Assembly (NCBI GenBank): GCA_017961325.1 | Contig: JAGCXM010000042.1 | Coordinates: 11,623 to 75,622 of the forward strand | Origin: a bacterium | Lineage (GTDB): Bacteria; UBP6; UBA1177 | DNA: 64,000 nucleotides | Direction of reading: 5' to 3' | Shown here: positions 29,272 through 39,829 of the stretch, piece after piece | Layout of the letters: each line of letters begins with the position of its first letter | How positions within the stretch are numbered: the first letter of the stretch is position 1 | Translations under genes and position numbers: made by a program | Notes under the pieces: model-generated | What the model was told of the DNA's origin: nothing | Database searches by the model: none | Seen by the model: the letters and a program-made list of their open reading frames with translations, nothing else

Positions 29272-30954
29272 TTATTTAGGCGTTACGCCGGGTTTGCCGG
29301 GTCTCGGAAGCCATTTGAAGCCGTCGATAACTACTGTAGAATCCCACGAATGGTCTGGACCGTAGCCGACTTCACCCTGCTCAAAAAGAGCCAGTCTCAA
29401 AGTGATTTCTTCATTCGGAACAACGTTTCCTGCTACTCTGAGCCAGCCGGTTCCGCCGTGACCGTCAGAGCAGCCGATCATACCTGTTTTTCCATTGGTG
29501 CCGAAACCTGTTCCGTTGAGAAGTTCATCACCTTCGCAGGCACCCCATTTGTTGAGATTTCCAGTCAACGCATTGGTGCAGTTCGGGTTGCACGCTTTGA
29601 AAAGTCCGGCCGGGGCGAGATCGACACCTACTGGGTTGCCGAATTCATCTTTCGCAAGATTTTTGTCGTACGGATTCATATATTCGGCACCGGGATTTTT
29701 ATCGTTGTAAGTCGAGTCAAGCAGCGCTATAAAGAAATCGTTGTAATTGTTGTTGCTGCAGACTGTTGAAGGATACTCTATCGACATGAAAAAGAGGTTG
29801 AACTCAAAAGCTTCCGCGTTTATCGGAGCTTTTATTTTCATCGTGAGCATGATCGGATCCTGTCCGACAGGAATTTCTTTACCTGCGCACTGGTTCGTAA
29901 GACCGTTCTGCGGATTTTGACCGCCGCAAGAAGGTGCTTTCGGAACTTGACATCCCGGCATCATGTTAAGCCAGTCTTCGGGAAGTGTGCTTGCAGTCTG
30001 CATGTCACCGGCACCGAGGGTGGCTACCTGAGCATTTTGTGTCGGACTGTTCCACTGACCGGTTGAAAGAACGGCAAGCATTATTCCTTCGAGGGGATTC
30101 ATTGCCGTGCCGAAAATATTTGTTACAGCAAAAGTCTGATAGTCGCTTTCGTAATAAGGTCTTTCGCGGCTGAGTCTCGGCTGAGGATTGTAGTTGCATG
30201 ACTCACTGCCGCATGCGTTCGGATTAGTGTCAATCTGTTCTGTAACAGGTTCACCCGCAAGTGAAAGTTCCGCAGAAATCAGACCGGTGCAGAGTCCCAT
30301 CGCCTGGGCAAGTTTTACGGCGTTTCCTTCATAATCACCTATAACAAGCGAAAGCCCTTCATCGCAGTGTTCCTCTTCATCTATCTGACCGTTGCAGTTG
30401 TTGTCAACTCCGTCATCCACCATTTCATAGGCGGTTGGATTGATTCTTTCCGGAGCATTTGTGTTGCTGCATTTTTCTTCCCAGCCCGATTCGCAGCAGT
30501 CACCGTCGCAGTAGGTGTAGCCGTCGCCGTCGTAATCGATGGCGTTTTCAGGAGTCATATCCTCGCCGTCACAGTTTTCGTCTATGCCGTTGCTGCATAT
30601 TTCAGGCAGAGGTTTTACCTGACCGACACACTCGCTCCATGCCGTTCCGTCTTCAACGCATGTTGAAACGCCGGATTTGCATATTCCGACATCCTTTGTG
30701 CCGCTCGGACCTTCGTAACACGGCATAGTTTCGCCCGGAGTGCATTCTACATAGATTCCTCCTTCGTTAATGAGTTCCTGATCTTCATCGGTCGTTTCGT
30801 TATCGTCATTTTCAGAATTGTTGCTTTCGTCATCATTATCCGATTCCGAATGATTGTTGTTGTTGGGTTCAACTTCGTCGTCATCTTCCGCACCGCATGC
30901 TGCAAAGAAGAAGACAGTCATTAAAATCACCAATAGAACATAAATTTTTTTCAT
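29272..30954 (-). CDS. Secreted lipoprotein with acidic N/D/E-rich linker, MopE-like putative metal-binding Cys/Asp motifs and large C-terminal domain (paralog family member 4)
   Basis: Signal peptide + lipobox AACG; motifs DENCDG, DYDGDGYTYCDGDC, DNNCNGQIDEE; start taken at MKKIYVLL after GGAGG RBS. Confidence 0.6.
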   Translation of the reverse strand: MKKIYVLLVILMTVFFFAACGAEDDDEVEPNNNNHSESDNDDESNNSENDDNETTDEDQELINEGGIYVECTPGETMPCYEGPSGTKDVGICKSGVSTCVEDGTAWSECVGQVKPLPEICSNGIDENCDGEDMTPENAIDYDGDGYTYCDGDCCESGWEEKCSNTNAPERINPTAYEMVDDGVDNNCNGQIDEEEHCDEGLSLVIGDYEGNAVKLAQAMGLCTGLISAELSLAGEPVTEQIDTNPNACGSESCNYNPQPRLSRERPYYESDYQTFAVTNIFGTAMNPLEGIMLAVLSTGQWNSPTQNAQVATLGAGDMQTASTLPEDWLNMMPGCQVPKAPSCGGQNPQNGLTNQCAGKEIPVGQDPIMLTMKIKAPINAEAFEFNLFFMSIEYPSTVCSNNNYNDFFIALLDSTYNDKNPGAEYMNPYDKNLAKDEFGNPVGVDLAPAGLFKACNPNCTNALTGNLNKWGACEGDELLNGTGFGTNGKTGMIGCSDGHGGTGWLRVAGNVVPNEEITLRLALFEQGEVGYGPDHSWDSTVVIDGFKWLPRPGKPGVTPK

Positions 30955-31058
30955 TTTACTTTTTCCTCCAAAAAAACAGTTAATCAAAAAAGCGCTGAAT
31001 TTTACAACAATTAAAAAAATAAAACAATAGAAAATTTGTTTTTATGCGAAACAATTTT

Positions 31059-33602
31059 TTAGTCTACCGTTATTGATTTGCTGACGTTTTTAGGAACATC
31101 CGGATGAACGCCGTGATTCTGTATTTCGTAACGGTTGAGATATTTCATTTTTGCTACGCTCATTTTGAGAGCTAAAAGCTGCATCACGACTGCGGCTTCG
31201 AAAACGAAAAAGTTCTTTTCTCCGGTTTTGGGAATTTCAATGACTTTTGCCCAATATTTTTCAGCATCTGCCGGAATGCCGGTCGCCGCGTTTTTCAGAT
31301 CTTCATCGTCTTCGGCGATAAGAACGATGTCTGCTCCGCGGATTTTGTGGGTGTGGATCTGTGAAATCGTGATTCGTTTGTCCCTTTCGTCCGGCGGACA
31401 GATGAAAACGAGCGGATAGTTTGAGAAAAACTCTTCGATGTCAACGCTTGCATTGAATATGTCGGCGATTTGTTTGGCGCGGGCGTTTTCCTCAGGCGAA
31501 GCAGATGATTTTTCGATGAAATCTTCGTTCATTTTTCTGAATTTCAGGTTTTTCATCATATTTGTAGCATTTCTGATGATTTCGTAGTTGTCTTCATTGT
31601 CGGAAAACAGGCCCTTCAGGAACATTTTTTCTCCCATTTTGATAAGATTGCTCAGAAGCTTTTCCATGTCGTTGAGAGAAAAAATCGTGTTTTTGCCTAA
31701 AATAGTGTTCGGACCGTGCTTGAATTCCGCCGCGTCGTAGCCTTCGGTGTGGTTGAGAACGACTTCCCTGATTTTAAGAGCGCCTTCTTTTGCGATTCCC
31801 GTAAGTGAAGTCCCCAGAATGTGAATCGAAGGACGCAGGAAAAGCTTGTTTGCGACATCGGTCACGGGAACATCGATGTTTTTCAGCGTAAAATCAAGGA
31901 AGTATCTGATTCTGCCCAGATTTTTGAAAACTTTCTCCTCGTTGTTCTTAACAAGCGCGGCAAGGATGTAGAAAATAGCTATCTGGCTGATGAACGATTT
32001 AGTCGCGGCGACCGCGATTTCCGATCCGCACATTATCGGCAGGTAAAAGTCGCTTTTTTCCTGCGGAAGGGTCGAATTTTCGTTGTTGACGATCGTGACG
32101 AGCGTTATTTTTTCATCGGTTTTCCTGATTTCGTTGAAAATATCGACCAGATCTTTCGTTTCGCCGCTCTGGCTCACGCCGATTACTATGTCTTTGCCGG
32201 AAAGCGAGTTGATGTAGCACGACCTGAAGGCACCCGGATTCGAGGTTATGAGTGAAATGTCGGTCATGTTGTTGAAGAAGTATGCGCCGGTAAGCGAAGC
32301 ATGGTATGAAGTTCCGCTGGCAATCAGGAAAACCCTGCCGCCGTTTTTCTTTGTCGCCTTGAGTGCCGTTACTAGTTCATCACGGAATCTGATGATCATT
32401 CTTTTCTTTTTCCAGATAAGCATCGAATCTATAAGCCAGAGTTTCTGGAAGTAGTTGTCGTTTATTCCGTTGAGTTCCTCGAGAAGGGTTTTTTCTTCCG
32501 AGCGGAAAATGAAATGCTGCGGCTGCGGGGCGAATTTTTTTGTTTTTTCAAAAATTTCCTTGAAGACGGGAACATCGCATATCTTTTCAAACTCGGCTGA
32601 AAGCTTGCTTCTGTCGTAAAGATCGTAAAGCGCGAGAAGAGAGTAGAGTATTTCGCTGGCGTTGTCGCAGTTTTCTTCAAAAACGGAGTAAAGTTCCTTC
32701 TCTTCTTTTGATTTGAAGTAGTAAAGCATTAAATTTTCTATGTTTTTAGGCGATGAGCAGATTTCCTGTTCCATGAAGAAGTGATATTTCGGCTGAAGCT
32801 GGATGTCTGCGATGTTCAGTCTGCTTCTGCTGAGCTTCGGGACCCATTCCCTGTCTTCGTTGAGCGAGAAAAGCCTGTAGTTTTCGCTGTCGAAGTATAT
32901 TCCTTCGCCTTCCGACATCGGAATGAGGAATCTTGTTTTTGAAAGAATCGAGGTGAGGTCGCTTGAAACGACGATGAAGTTGCCGGAAGCGTCCGAGCCT
33001 TTGCCTGCATAAAGCGAAGAACCTGCCTTTATCGCGAAAACACCGGGAAGTTCAGGCAGGGTTACGCATGCCGCGTAGCTTCCTTCGATCATTTTCTGCG
33101 CCTTTCTTATCGCTTTTATCATGAGTGCGATTTTTTCGTCGTCGGTTTTCGGAGCTTTTCTTGAAGAAAGTGCTGAATAGAAGTGCTCAACAAGGTGAAC
33201 GACCATTTCTCCGTCGTTGTCGGAAAGGACTTCGTGACCGTTTTCAGCAAGGAAAACCTTGAGTTTGTCGGTGTTGCTGACGTTTCCGTTGTGCGCTCCT
33301 ACCATGTGGATTAGGCAGCTGACTTCATGCGGCTGCGCATTGACGTCGGTGACTGCGCCGTAAGTCGCCCAGCGTACCTGACCTATGAACTTGAATCCGT
33401 TGTATTTTGCAAGTTCAAGCTGTTCGACTACTTTTGAAGGTGCGCCGACTTTTTTTCTCAGAGCGACGGAGCCGTCCTCTTTTATAAACGCTGCGCCTGT
33501 TGAATCGTAACCGCGGTATTCAAGTTTTTTCAGCAGATTCGATGCTTCATTTCCTAGATTGACAATGTCACCGGCATAGACGATAGAAACTACTCCGCAC
33601 AT
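31059..33602 (-). CDS. glmS: Glutamine--fructose-6-phosphate aminotransferase, unusually long form (847 aa) with two insertions
   Basis: N-terminal Ntn-hydrolase Cys (MCGVVS...), two SIS domains, C-terminus ...SKSITVD like E. coli ...AKSVTVE; ~100 aa insert before SIS1 and ~120 aa insert within SIS2. Confidence 0.8.
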   Translation of the reverse strand: MCGVVSIVYAGDIVNLGNEASNLLKKLEYRGYDSTGAAFIKEDGSVALRKKVGAPSKVVEQLELAKYNGFKFIGQVRWATYGAVTDVNAQPHEVSCLIHMVGAHNGNVSNTDKLKVFLAENGHEVLSDNDGEMVVHLVEHFYSALSSRKAPKTDDEKIALMIKAIRKAQKMIEGSYAACVTLPELPGVFAIKAGSSLYAGKGSDASGNFIVVSSDLTSILSKTRFLIPMSEGEGIYFDSENYRLFSLNEDREWVPKLSRSRLNIADIQLQPKYHFFMEQEICSSPKNIENLMLYYFKSKEEKELYSVFEENCDNASEILYSLLALYDLYDRSKLSAEFEKICDVPVFKEIFEKTKKFAPQPQHFIFRSEEKTLLEELNGINDNYFQKLWLIDSMLIWKKKRMIIRFRDELVTALKATKKNGGRVFLIASGTSYHASLTGAYFFNNMTDISLITSNPGAFRSCYINSLSGKDIVIGVSQSGETKDLVDIFNEIRKTDEKITLVTIVNNENSTLPQEKSDFYLPIMCGSEIAVAATKSFISQIAIFYILAALVKNNEEKVFKNLGRIRYFLDFTLKNIDVPVTDVANKLFLRPSIHILGTSLTGIAKEGALKIREVVLNHTEGYDAAEFKHGPNTILGKNTIFSLNDMEKLLSNLIKMGEKMFLKGLFSDNEDNYEIIRNATNMMKNLKFRKMNEDFIEKSSASPEENARAKQIADIFNASVDIEEFFSNYPLVFICPPDERDKRITISQIHTHKIRGADIVLIAEDDEDLKNAATGIPADAEKYWAKVIEIPKTGEKNFFVFEAAVVMQLLALKMSVAKMKYLNRYEIQNHGVHPDVPKNVSKSITVD

Positions 33603-33707
33603 AAAACTCTCCCGATTTATATCAAAATAGTAAAATCAATTTCATTCCGCACAACCGAACGGAATTCAGTCGCGAAATTGTGCCGATTTTTAAATTTTTT
33701 GCAATTT

Positions 33708-34736
33708 TTAACTTAAAGATTCTTCTTTTTCGCGGTTTCTGTATTCGATGACTTTCTGACCGACGAAATCCATGAGTTCCTTCACGCCGTTGCGCGTAAT
33801 GCCGCTGATTTCAAAATAAGGTTTTTCCTTGGCAAATTCGCGCAGTTCTTCTCTTAATTTCTCTTCTTCTTCGCCGTATGAATCGATTTTGTTGAGGACG
33901 ATTATCTGCTCTCTTTTCGCAAGTTCAGGATCGAAAAGTTCAAGTTCGCGGTTGATCGTTCTGATGTCGTCAACCGGTGATTTGCGCGCCGGATTTATTT
34001 CAACCAGGTGAATGAGAAAGCGCGATCTTTCGACGTGACGCAGGAATCTGTGTCCGAGTCCGGCTCCTTCGTGCGCCCCTTCGATAAGTCCGGGAATGTC
34101 TGCAACGACGAACGGAATGAAATCTTTTCCTTCAACCATGCCCAAGTTCGGAACAAGCGTTGTGAAAGGATATTCCGCGATTTTGGGTCTCGCGTTGCTG
34201 ATTACGCTGATGAGTGTCGATTTTCCGACAGACGGGAAGCCGATGATTCCGACATCAGCCATGAGTTTGAGCTCGAGGCGGACTTTTCTGCGTTCGCCCG
34301 GAAGACCTTCCTGCGCGTAGTGCGGAGCTTTGTTGACGCTCGTTTTGAATTTTGCGTTTCCTCTGCCGCCGATTCCGCCGTGTGCAACGATGACTCTCTG
34401 CCTGTGTTTCGTGATGTCGGCGATAAGTTCCGATGTTTCGTGGTCGAAGACGAAAGTTCCTAGCGGGATTTTTACGATCGTGCTTTCGCCGCCGCGGCCG
34501 TACATGTTGGAGCCCATTCCTTTCTGGCCGTTTTCCGCTTTGATGGTGCGCTGGTAGCGGATGTCGTAAAGAGTTATAACGTTCTCGTCACCTTCGAATA
34601 TGACGTCGCCGCCCTTGCCGCCGTCACCGCCGTCGGGACCGCCTAGCGGAATGAAAGGCTCGCGCCTGAAACTTACGGCTCCGGCACCGCCGTTGCCTGC
34701 GATGATATCGACTATTGCCTGATCGACGAATTTCAT
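33708..34736 (-). CDS. obg: GTPase Obg/CgtA
   Basis: Obg fold N-terminus (MKFVDQAIVDIIAGNGGAGAVSF), G1-G4 GTPase motifs. Confidence 0.95.
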   Translation of the reverse strand: MKFVDQAIVDIIAGNGGAGAVSFRREPFIPLGGPDGGDGGKGGDVIFEGDENVITLYDIRYQRTIKAENGQKGMGSNMYGRGGESTIVKIPLGTFVFDHETSELIADITKHRQRVIVAHGGIGGRGNAKFKTSVNKAPHYAQEGLPGERRKVRLELKLMADVGIIGFPSVGKSTLISVISNARPKIAEYPFTTLVPNLGMVEGKDFIPFVVADIPGLIEGAHEGAGLGHRFLRHVERSRFLIHLVEINPARKSPVDDIRTINRELELFDPELAKREQIIVLNKIDSYGEEEEKLREELREFAKEKPYFEISGITRNGVKELMDFVGQKVIEYRNREKEESLS

Positions 34737-34806
34737 AATGACTCCTTGTCCGGAATAAAAAAAAACTCCCGTCGCCGGGAGTTTGAAAAATTCAACTAAA
34801 CGAAAT

Positions 34807-35073
34807 TTATGCCTCGGTGACTACGGAAACTCTTCTTCTTGCTCTGCCGTTTTTGTAGAATGTTTCATACTTAACGACACCTTCGGTAAGAGCGTAAATC
34901 GTGTAATCGGTTCCGAGACCTACGTTTTCGCCCGGAATCCATCTCGTGCCGACCTGACGGACGATGATGTTGCCCGGAATGACCGGCTCGCCGCCGAACT
35001 TTTTGATGCCGCGTCTCTGACCTGCACTGTCACGACCGTTTCTTGCACTTCCGCCGCTTTTCTTATGAGCCAT
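34807..35073 (-). CDS. rpmA: 50S ribosomal protein L27
   Basis: [16 protein letters not shown]... canonical L27. Confidence 0.95.
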   Translation of the reverse strand: MAHKKSGGSARNGRDSAGQRRGIKKFGGEPVIPGNIIVRQVGTRWIPGENVGLGTDYTIYALTEGVVKYETFYKNGRARRRVSVVTEA

Positions 35074-35087
35074 GATAACCCTCCGAA

Positions 35088-35399
35088 TTACTTAACAATT
35101 TCAAGAACTTTGAGCTGAGTGAAGCTCTGTCTGAAACCGTTTTTGACTTTGCTGGTTTTTCTTCTTCTTTTCTTGAAAACGATAACTTTTTTGCCTTTAT
35201 AGTTTTTTACAACTTCAAGTTTTACAGTTACATCGCTAAGATAAGGTTTGCCAACCATAACATTTTCGCCGTCTGCAAAAAGAAGAACGTTTTTGTTCTC
35301 GACAAGTTCGCCTTCTTTCTTGTCCAGATTATAAACAGACACTTTTTCTCCGGGGACAACTTTAAGCTGATTGCCGCCGAAATCGATCATTGCGTACAT
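35088..35399 (-). CDS. rplU: 50S ribosomal protein L21
   Basis: [14 protein letters not shown] canonical L21 N-terminus (track ORF over-extended upstream). Confidence 0.9.
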   Translation of the reverse strand: MYAMIDFGGNQLKVVPGEKVSVYNLDKKEGELVENKNVLLFADGENVMVGKPYLSDVTVKLEVVKNYKGKKVIVFKKRRRKTSKVKNGFRQSFTQLKVLEIVK

Positions 35400-35568
35400 C
35401 AAATCCTCCAACAATAAAGAGCACACAAAAAAATAACGCGGGAATTCTACGCAAACTTATTTTAGTGTCAAGATTTTTTTTCGGAAATGGAAAATCTGCA
35501 GGCGCAAAAACTTGACATAAACCGTTTTTGCCGCGTTAATTCGCAGACTTTTATGTGTGAGGTGTTTA

Positions 35569-36789
35569 ATGGCTGAACTTCTTGCTCCCGCCGGCAATCC
35601 AGAAAAACTCGTATGGGCGGATATTTACGGTGCAGATGCCGTTTATTTCGGCGTAGACAGATTTTCCCTCCGCTCTTTTGCAGGAAATTTTTCTTTGGAT
35701 GATGCAGCGAAGGCTTTGGAAAGACTTCATAAAAACGGCAAAAAGGGCTATGTAACCTTGAATATTTACCCATATTCCGGCGAGTACAAGGACTTGGTAG
35801 AAACAGCCGGGAACCTTGCCGAATGCAGGGCTGATGCATTTATCGTAAGTGATTTCGGCGTTATCACCTCCCTCAAAAAAGCCGGTCTTAAAGTGCCGCT
35901 CCACATTTCGACTCAGGCAAATACCGTTTCGTGGCAGACGGTAAACGCATATTACGACTACGGCGCGAAAAGGGTTAATCTGGCGCGCGAACTTTCATTT
36001 GAAAAAATAAAGGAGATTGCTGAAAACAAATATAAGGCTGCTGAAATCGAAGTTTTCATCCACGGCGCTGTGTGCTTCAGCATGTCGGGAAGGTGCGCGA
36101 TAAGCGACTGGCTCACCGGCAGAAAGGCTAACCGCGGCGAATGCACCCACCCGTGCCGCTGGAAATACGCAGTCGTCGAAGAGAAGCGCGAAGGAGAATA
36201 CATGCCTGTCGGAGAAGACGGACGCGGAACATACATCTTCAACCCGAAGGAACTCGCCCTTTTCGACTATGTCCGGCCGCTCAAGGAACTCGGCGTTGAT
36301 TCCTTCAAAATCGAAGGAAGAATGAAGTCCGTTCATTACGTCGCATCGGTCGTCTCACTTTACAGAAGGATTCTCGACGGTGAAGAGATCCCGCATGAAG
36401 AGATCACGAGACTTCTCAACCGCATAAAAAACAGAGGCTATTCCACCGGTTTCATGAAAGGCGGCGTAACTCCCGACGACTACCAGCTGGGCGGCGACGG
36501 CTCCAATTCCGAAGCCGAATTCATCGCCAACATCACCGGAGAAAAGCAGAACGGATACTGCGTTGCCGAAATCAGAAATCATACCGAAGCTGGCGAAACG
36601 GTAGAAATACTGGAACCCGACGGCCACACCAGAAGCTACAAACTTCCAGATCTGCTCACCTTCACCGACGGAACGCAGGGGAGAGAGGCCAACCACTCGA
36701 AATTCATCCTGCTCGAAGGCGGTTTCGTTCCGTATTCGATTTTGAGGCGTGTAGGAATTAACGAGAAGCCGTTTCACGGCAGAAATTAG
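35569..36789 (+). CDS. Peptidase U32 family protein
   Basis: MAELLAPAGN...GADAVYFG U32 N-terminal signature, conserved Cys cluster; start chosen at ATG after GAGGTG RBS. Confidence 0.8.
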   Translation: MAELLAPAGNPEKLVWADIYGADAVYFGVDRFSLRSFAGNFSLDDAAKALERLHKNGKKGYVTLNIYPYSGEYKDLVETAGNLAECRADAFIVSDFGVITSLKKAGLKVPLHISTQANTVSWQTVNAYYDYGAKRVNLARELSFEKIKEIAENKYKAAEIEVFIHGAVCFSMSGRCAISDWLTGRKANRGECTHPCRWKYAVVEEKREGEYMPVGEDGRGTYIFNPKELALFDYVRPLKELGVDSFKIEGRMKSVHYVASVVSLYRRILDGEEIPHEEITRLLNRIKNRGYSTGFMKGGVTPDDYQLGGDGSNSEAEFIANITGEKQNGYCVAEIRNHTEAGETVEILEPDGHTRSYKLPDLLTFTDGTQGREANHSKFILLEGGFVPYSILRRVGINEKPFHGRN

Positions 36790-36807
36790 TGTGATTTCGG
36801 GGCAGAA

Positions 36808-38454
36808 ATGAAAATAACGAACATATTCTTGAAAAATTTTCTCATCATAAAAAAGTCGAATATCGAATTGTCTTCCGGACTTACGACCGTTACCGGCGAG
36901 ACGGGCAGCGGAAAGAGCCTGTTTGTTTCGGCGATGAAGGCTCTGCGCGGCGAAAGGCTTGCCAAAACCCTGCTCGGAAAGTGGGGCAAATGCGGTGAGA
37001 TATGCGCCGAAATCGCCTTGGAAAGCGGAGATGACGAGCTCAGAAAACTTCTTGCCGGCAACGATATAGAGCCTGAAAACGACTCTCTTCTAGTCAGGCG
37101 CGTCTTCGGCGACAAAAACGGCGTCTATCTGAACGACACTCCGGTCAGTACGGCGTTTCTGTCGTCACTTTTGGGAGATGCTGTCGAGATCGGCAGCCAG
37201 TTCGAAAACAGGGAGCTTTTCAAGAAAGAGTATCGGATGAAAATCGTTGATCTCAAGGCTGAAGACGGTGCACTTTTAGCTGAATATAAAGAAATTTTCA
37301 ATAGAATTCAGGCGATTAGAAAAACGATCGAAGAACTTGAAGCTAAAGACGACATTTCAAAAAGAGATTATCTCGAATATCAGATCCACGAAATTGAAAA
37401 AACAGAAACTTACGAAAACGAGGAGGCAGAACTTCTTTCCAAAATAAAATTCGCCGAAAACCGCGTGAAAATCGTGAAATACAGCACTGAGTTCATAAAT
37501 TCGCTCAGTTCTTCGCTTGATTTCTTAAACAGCGCAGATTCATCCGCGTCAGATTTGGCCGGACTTGACGATATCGGCGATATTCCGGCAAGAATATCGG
37601 CGGCCGTGATTGAACTTGACGACATTTCGAAAACTTCGGCGGCGCTTTTTTCAAAATACGATGAACCTGTTGATAACATTGAAGAAATTCAGACGAAATT
37701 TGACAGGCTTTCCTCGCTTTTCATGAAGCACGGAGTTTCTACTTCTGCAGATTTATTGAAAAAGCTCGATTCGCTCAACGAAGAGCTTTTTGAAATGAAC
37801 AAAATCCCCCGGAAGACCGAAGAAGCCGAAAAGGAGCTTGCCGTATTGCTCAGAAAAGGGGAGAAACTGGCCGAAGAGCTCCGTAAAAAACGCCTCAAAG
37901 CAGTGAAACCGCTTGAAGAAAATATACTGAAATACCTTCTCAAATTCGGAATGAAAGGGGTTAAGTTCTCGATTCTGCTGAATAAACTCGATGATCTCAA
38001 CGAAAACGGTTTTGATGAAGCCGTTTTCGAGATAAATACGATCGGAACCGAAAAAATGTTCGACATTTCATCTCTTTCGGGCGGCGAACTTTCGCGCCTT
38101 CTTCTTGCCGTCAAACTTATTGACGACGAAGACGGAAAGGTCATTCTTTTTGACGAAATCGACAGTTCGATAGGCGGAGAAACGGCACGTGAAGCTGCAC
38201 TGGAGATGAAGAAAAACTCTCAAAAAAATCAAATAATTGTGATAACTCACTTCCCCCAGACGGCATCTCTGGCAAATACACATATCGTGGTCAGAAAAAG
38301 CATTGACGATGGAGAAGTTGAAACGGAAATTTCGATTCTCGACAAAGCCGGACGGATAAAAGAGCTTGCCAGAATGATGGGCAGAAGCGATTCGGCCGAT
38401 TTCCTCGCTGCTGCTGAAAGGATGGTGGAAGCAAACACTGATTCTTCTATTTAA
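36808..38454 (+). CDS. recN: DNA repair protein RecN
   Basis: SMC-like Walker A GETGSGKS, long coiled-coil, C-terminal signature LSGGELSRL and Walker B ILFDEIDS; 548 aa. Confidence 0.8.
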   Translation: MKITNIFLKNFLIIKKSNIELSSGLTTVTGETGSGKSLFVSAMKALRGERLAKTLLGKWGKCGEICAEIALESGDDELRKLLAGNDIEPENDSLLVRRVFGDKNGVYLNDTPVSTAFLSSLLGDAVEIGSQFENRELFKKEYRMKIVDLKAEDGALLAEYKEIFNRIQAIRKTIEELEAKDDISKRDYLEYQIHEIEKTETYENEEAELLSKIKFAENRVKIVKYSTEFINSLSSSLDFLNSADSSASDLAGLDDIGDIPARISAAVIELDDISKTSAALFSKYDEPVDNIEEIQTKFDRLSSLFMKHGVSTSADLLKKLDSLNEELFEMNKIPRKTEEAEKELAVLLRKGEKLAEELRKKRLKAVKPLEENILKYLLKFGMKGVKFSILLNKLDDLNENGFDEAVFEINTIGTEKMFDISSLSGGELSRLLLAVKLIDDEDGKVILFDEIDSSIGGETAREAALEMKKNSQKNQIIVITHFPQTASLANTHIVVRKSIDDGEVETEISILDKAGRIKELARMMGRSDSADFLAAAERMVEANTDSSI

Positions 38455-38455
38455 A

Positions 38456-39592
38456 ATGCTCTTTAAGGCACTGTTTTTATTACTCTTTTTCTTCTTTTTC
38501 ATGAACTGCGGCGCAGAGGAAACCGGACCTGATTCCGGTGAAATTCAGGCAAAAACAGGGGAGAAATCAAAAAAAGACGGGAACAAGCTCGGAATTATCG
38601 CTTTTCCGATAGTGTTTTATTCAAGCGATACCAGTGCCGGTTTCGGAGCTTCGGCGGTTCTGCACAAAGAGCATTACAAGGACGAATATGTCAGCAAATC
38701 GAATTCGTTGGCCGTCGTTTTTTTCTATACGCTGAGAAACCAGATGCTTAACGCGAATGTCGGGAATTTATACTGGGATCATGCCGACTGGCACTGGAAA
38801 AGCAAACTCGTGTTCAAGAAATATCCGACAGATTTTTACGGAATCGGGAACGGTACACCGAAAAGTGACCGTGAGGTTTTCGAGCCTTTTACATTTCAGT
38901 TCGAAAACTCGGTGAACCGCAGGGTATGGAAATCTTTTTATGCCGGAATATCGCTTGTTCACGGCTATCACATGCTCATAAAATCAAAAAAGGAAGGGTT
39001 GGCGGAATCTTATTTTGAAAAACACAGAAAAGCCGGATTTATTTCGGGTTTGGGGCTCAGACTCAGCTACGACAGCACCGATGACTCCTTCTATCCAACG
39101 GCCGGCAGTTTTGCAGAAATCGTCTGGCAGTACCACCCTTTCTGGCTCGGCAGCCGGTACAGTTTTTCGCGTTTTTTCATTGACGGACGCACTTTTGTAA
39201 AGATTCCGATACCGAAATTCGAGTCGGTTCTTGGCTTTCAGCTGATCTGCGAGGGGGTTCACGGCAATACTCCGCTCTCATTTCTCCCGACAATAGGCAG
39301 TAAGGACATTATGCGCGGCTATATCGGCGACCGCTTCCGCGATAACTACATGCTCGCAGTTCAGGCAGAATGGCGCTTCCCGATCTATTGGCGTTTCGGC
39401 GCAACACTTTTTTTTGCTGCCGGCAAAGTACAGCATAATTTTACCGATTTCATTTTTCAGGATATCAAATACGGCGGCGGATTCGGAATAAGAGTCAGAC
39501 TCGCGAAAAAGAAAAGGATAAATCTCCGTTTTGACATGGGTTTTACACCGGAAGGATACAAATTCTATTTCAATCTTCTTGAGGCTTTTTAA
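38456..39592 (+). CDS. Outer-membrane beta-barrel protein (Omp85/surface-antigen-like barrel, no POTRA)
   Basis: Signal peptide, alternating amphipathic beta pattern, C-terminal aromatic residue (LEAF). Confidence 0.45.
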   Translation: MLFKALFLLLFFFFFMNCGAEETGPDSGEIQAKTGEKSKKDGNKLGIIAFPIVFYSSDTSAGFGASAVLHKEHYKDEYVSKSNSLAVVFFYTLRNQMLNANVGNLYWDHADWHWKSKLVFKKYPTDFYGIGNGTPKSDREVFEPFTFQFENSVNRRVWKSFYAGISLVHGYHMLIKSKKEGLAESYFEKHRKAGFISGLGLRLSYDSTDDSFYPTAGSFAEIVWQYHPFWLGSRYSFSRFFIDGRTFVKIPIPKFESVLGFQLICEGVHGNTPLSFLPTIGSKDIMRGYIGDRFRDNYMLAVQAEWRFPIYWRFGATLFFAAGKVQHNFTDFIFQDIKYGGGFGIRVRLAKKKRINLRFDMGFTPEGYKFYFNLLEAF

Positions 39593-39650
39593 AAAAATTC
39601 ATATTTTTGTTGCATTTTAAATGAATTCGACTATAAAGGTGGCGCTTTGC

Positions 39651-39726
39651 GGGCCTATAGCTCAGTTGGTAGAGCCCCCGGCTCATAACCGGATGGTCAG
39701 AGGTTCGAACCCTCTTGGGCCCACCA
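39651..39726 (+). tRNA. tRNA-Met (anticodon CAT; elongator Met or lysidine-modified Ile2)
   Basis: Cloverleaf with anticodon loop CTCATAA, GGTTCGAACC T-arm, CCA encoded. Confidence 0.85.
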
Positions 39727-39786
39727 CTTTTTTGTGGAGGCTGAATTTGCTGTTTATTTACAAATTTCACGACATAAATTTAAGAA

Positions 39787-39820
39787 AGCACTTGTTCAAA
39801 ACAAGTGCTTTTTTTTTGCT
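39787..39820 (+). terminator. Rho-independent terminator downstream of tRNA-Met
   Basis: Perfect 10-bp stem AAGCACTTGTT/AACAAGTGCTT with T9 run. Confidence 0.7.
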
Positions 39821-39829
39821 TTTTAACTG

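Noticed and set aside
33603-33707. Possible glmS ribozyme in the 5' UTR of the long glmS gene
   Set aside because: Only ~105 nt are available and none of the conserved glmS ribozyme core motifs are present; only a simple hairpin and the RBS are visible
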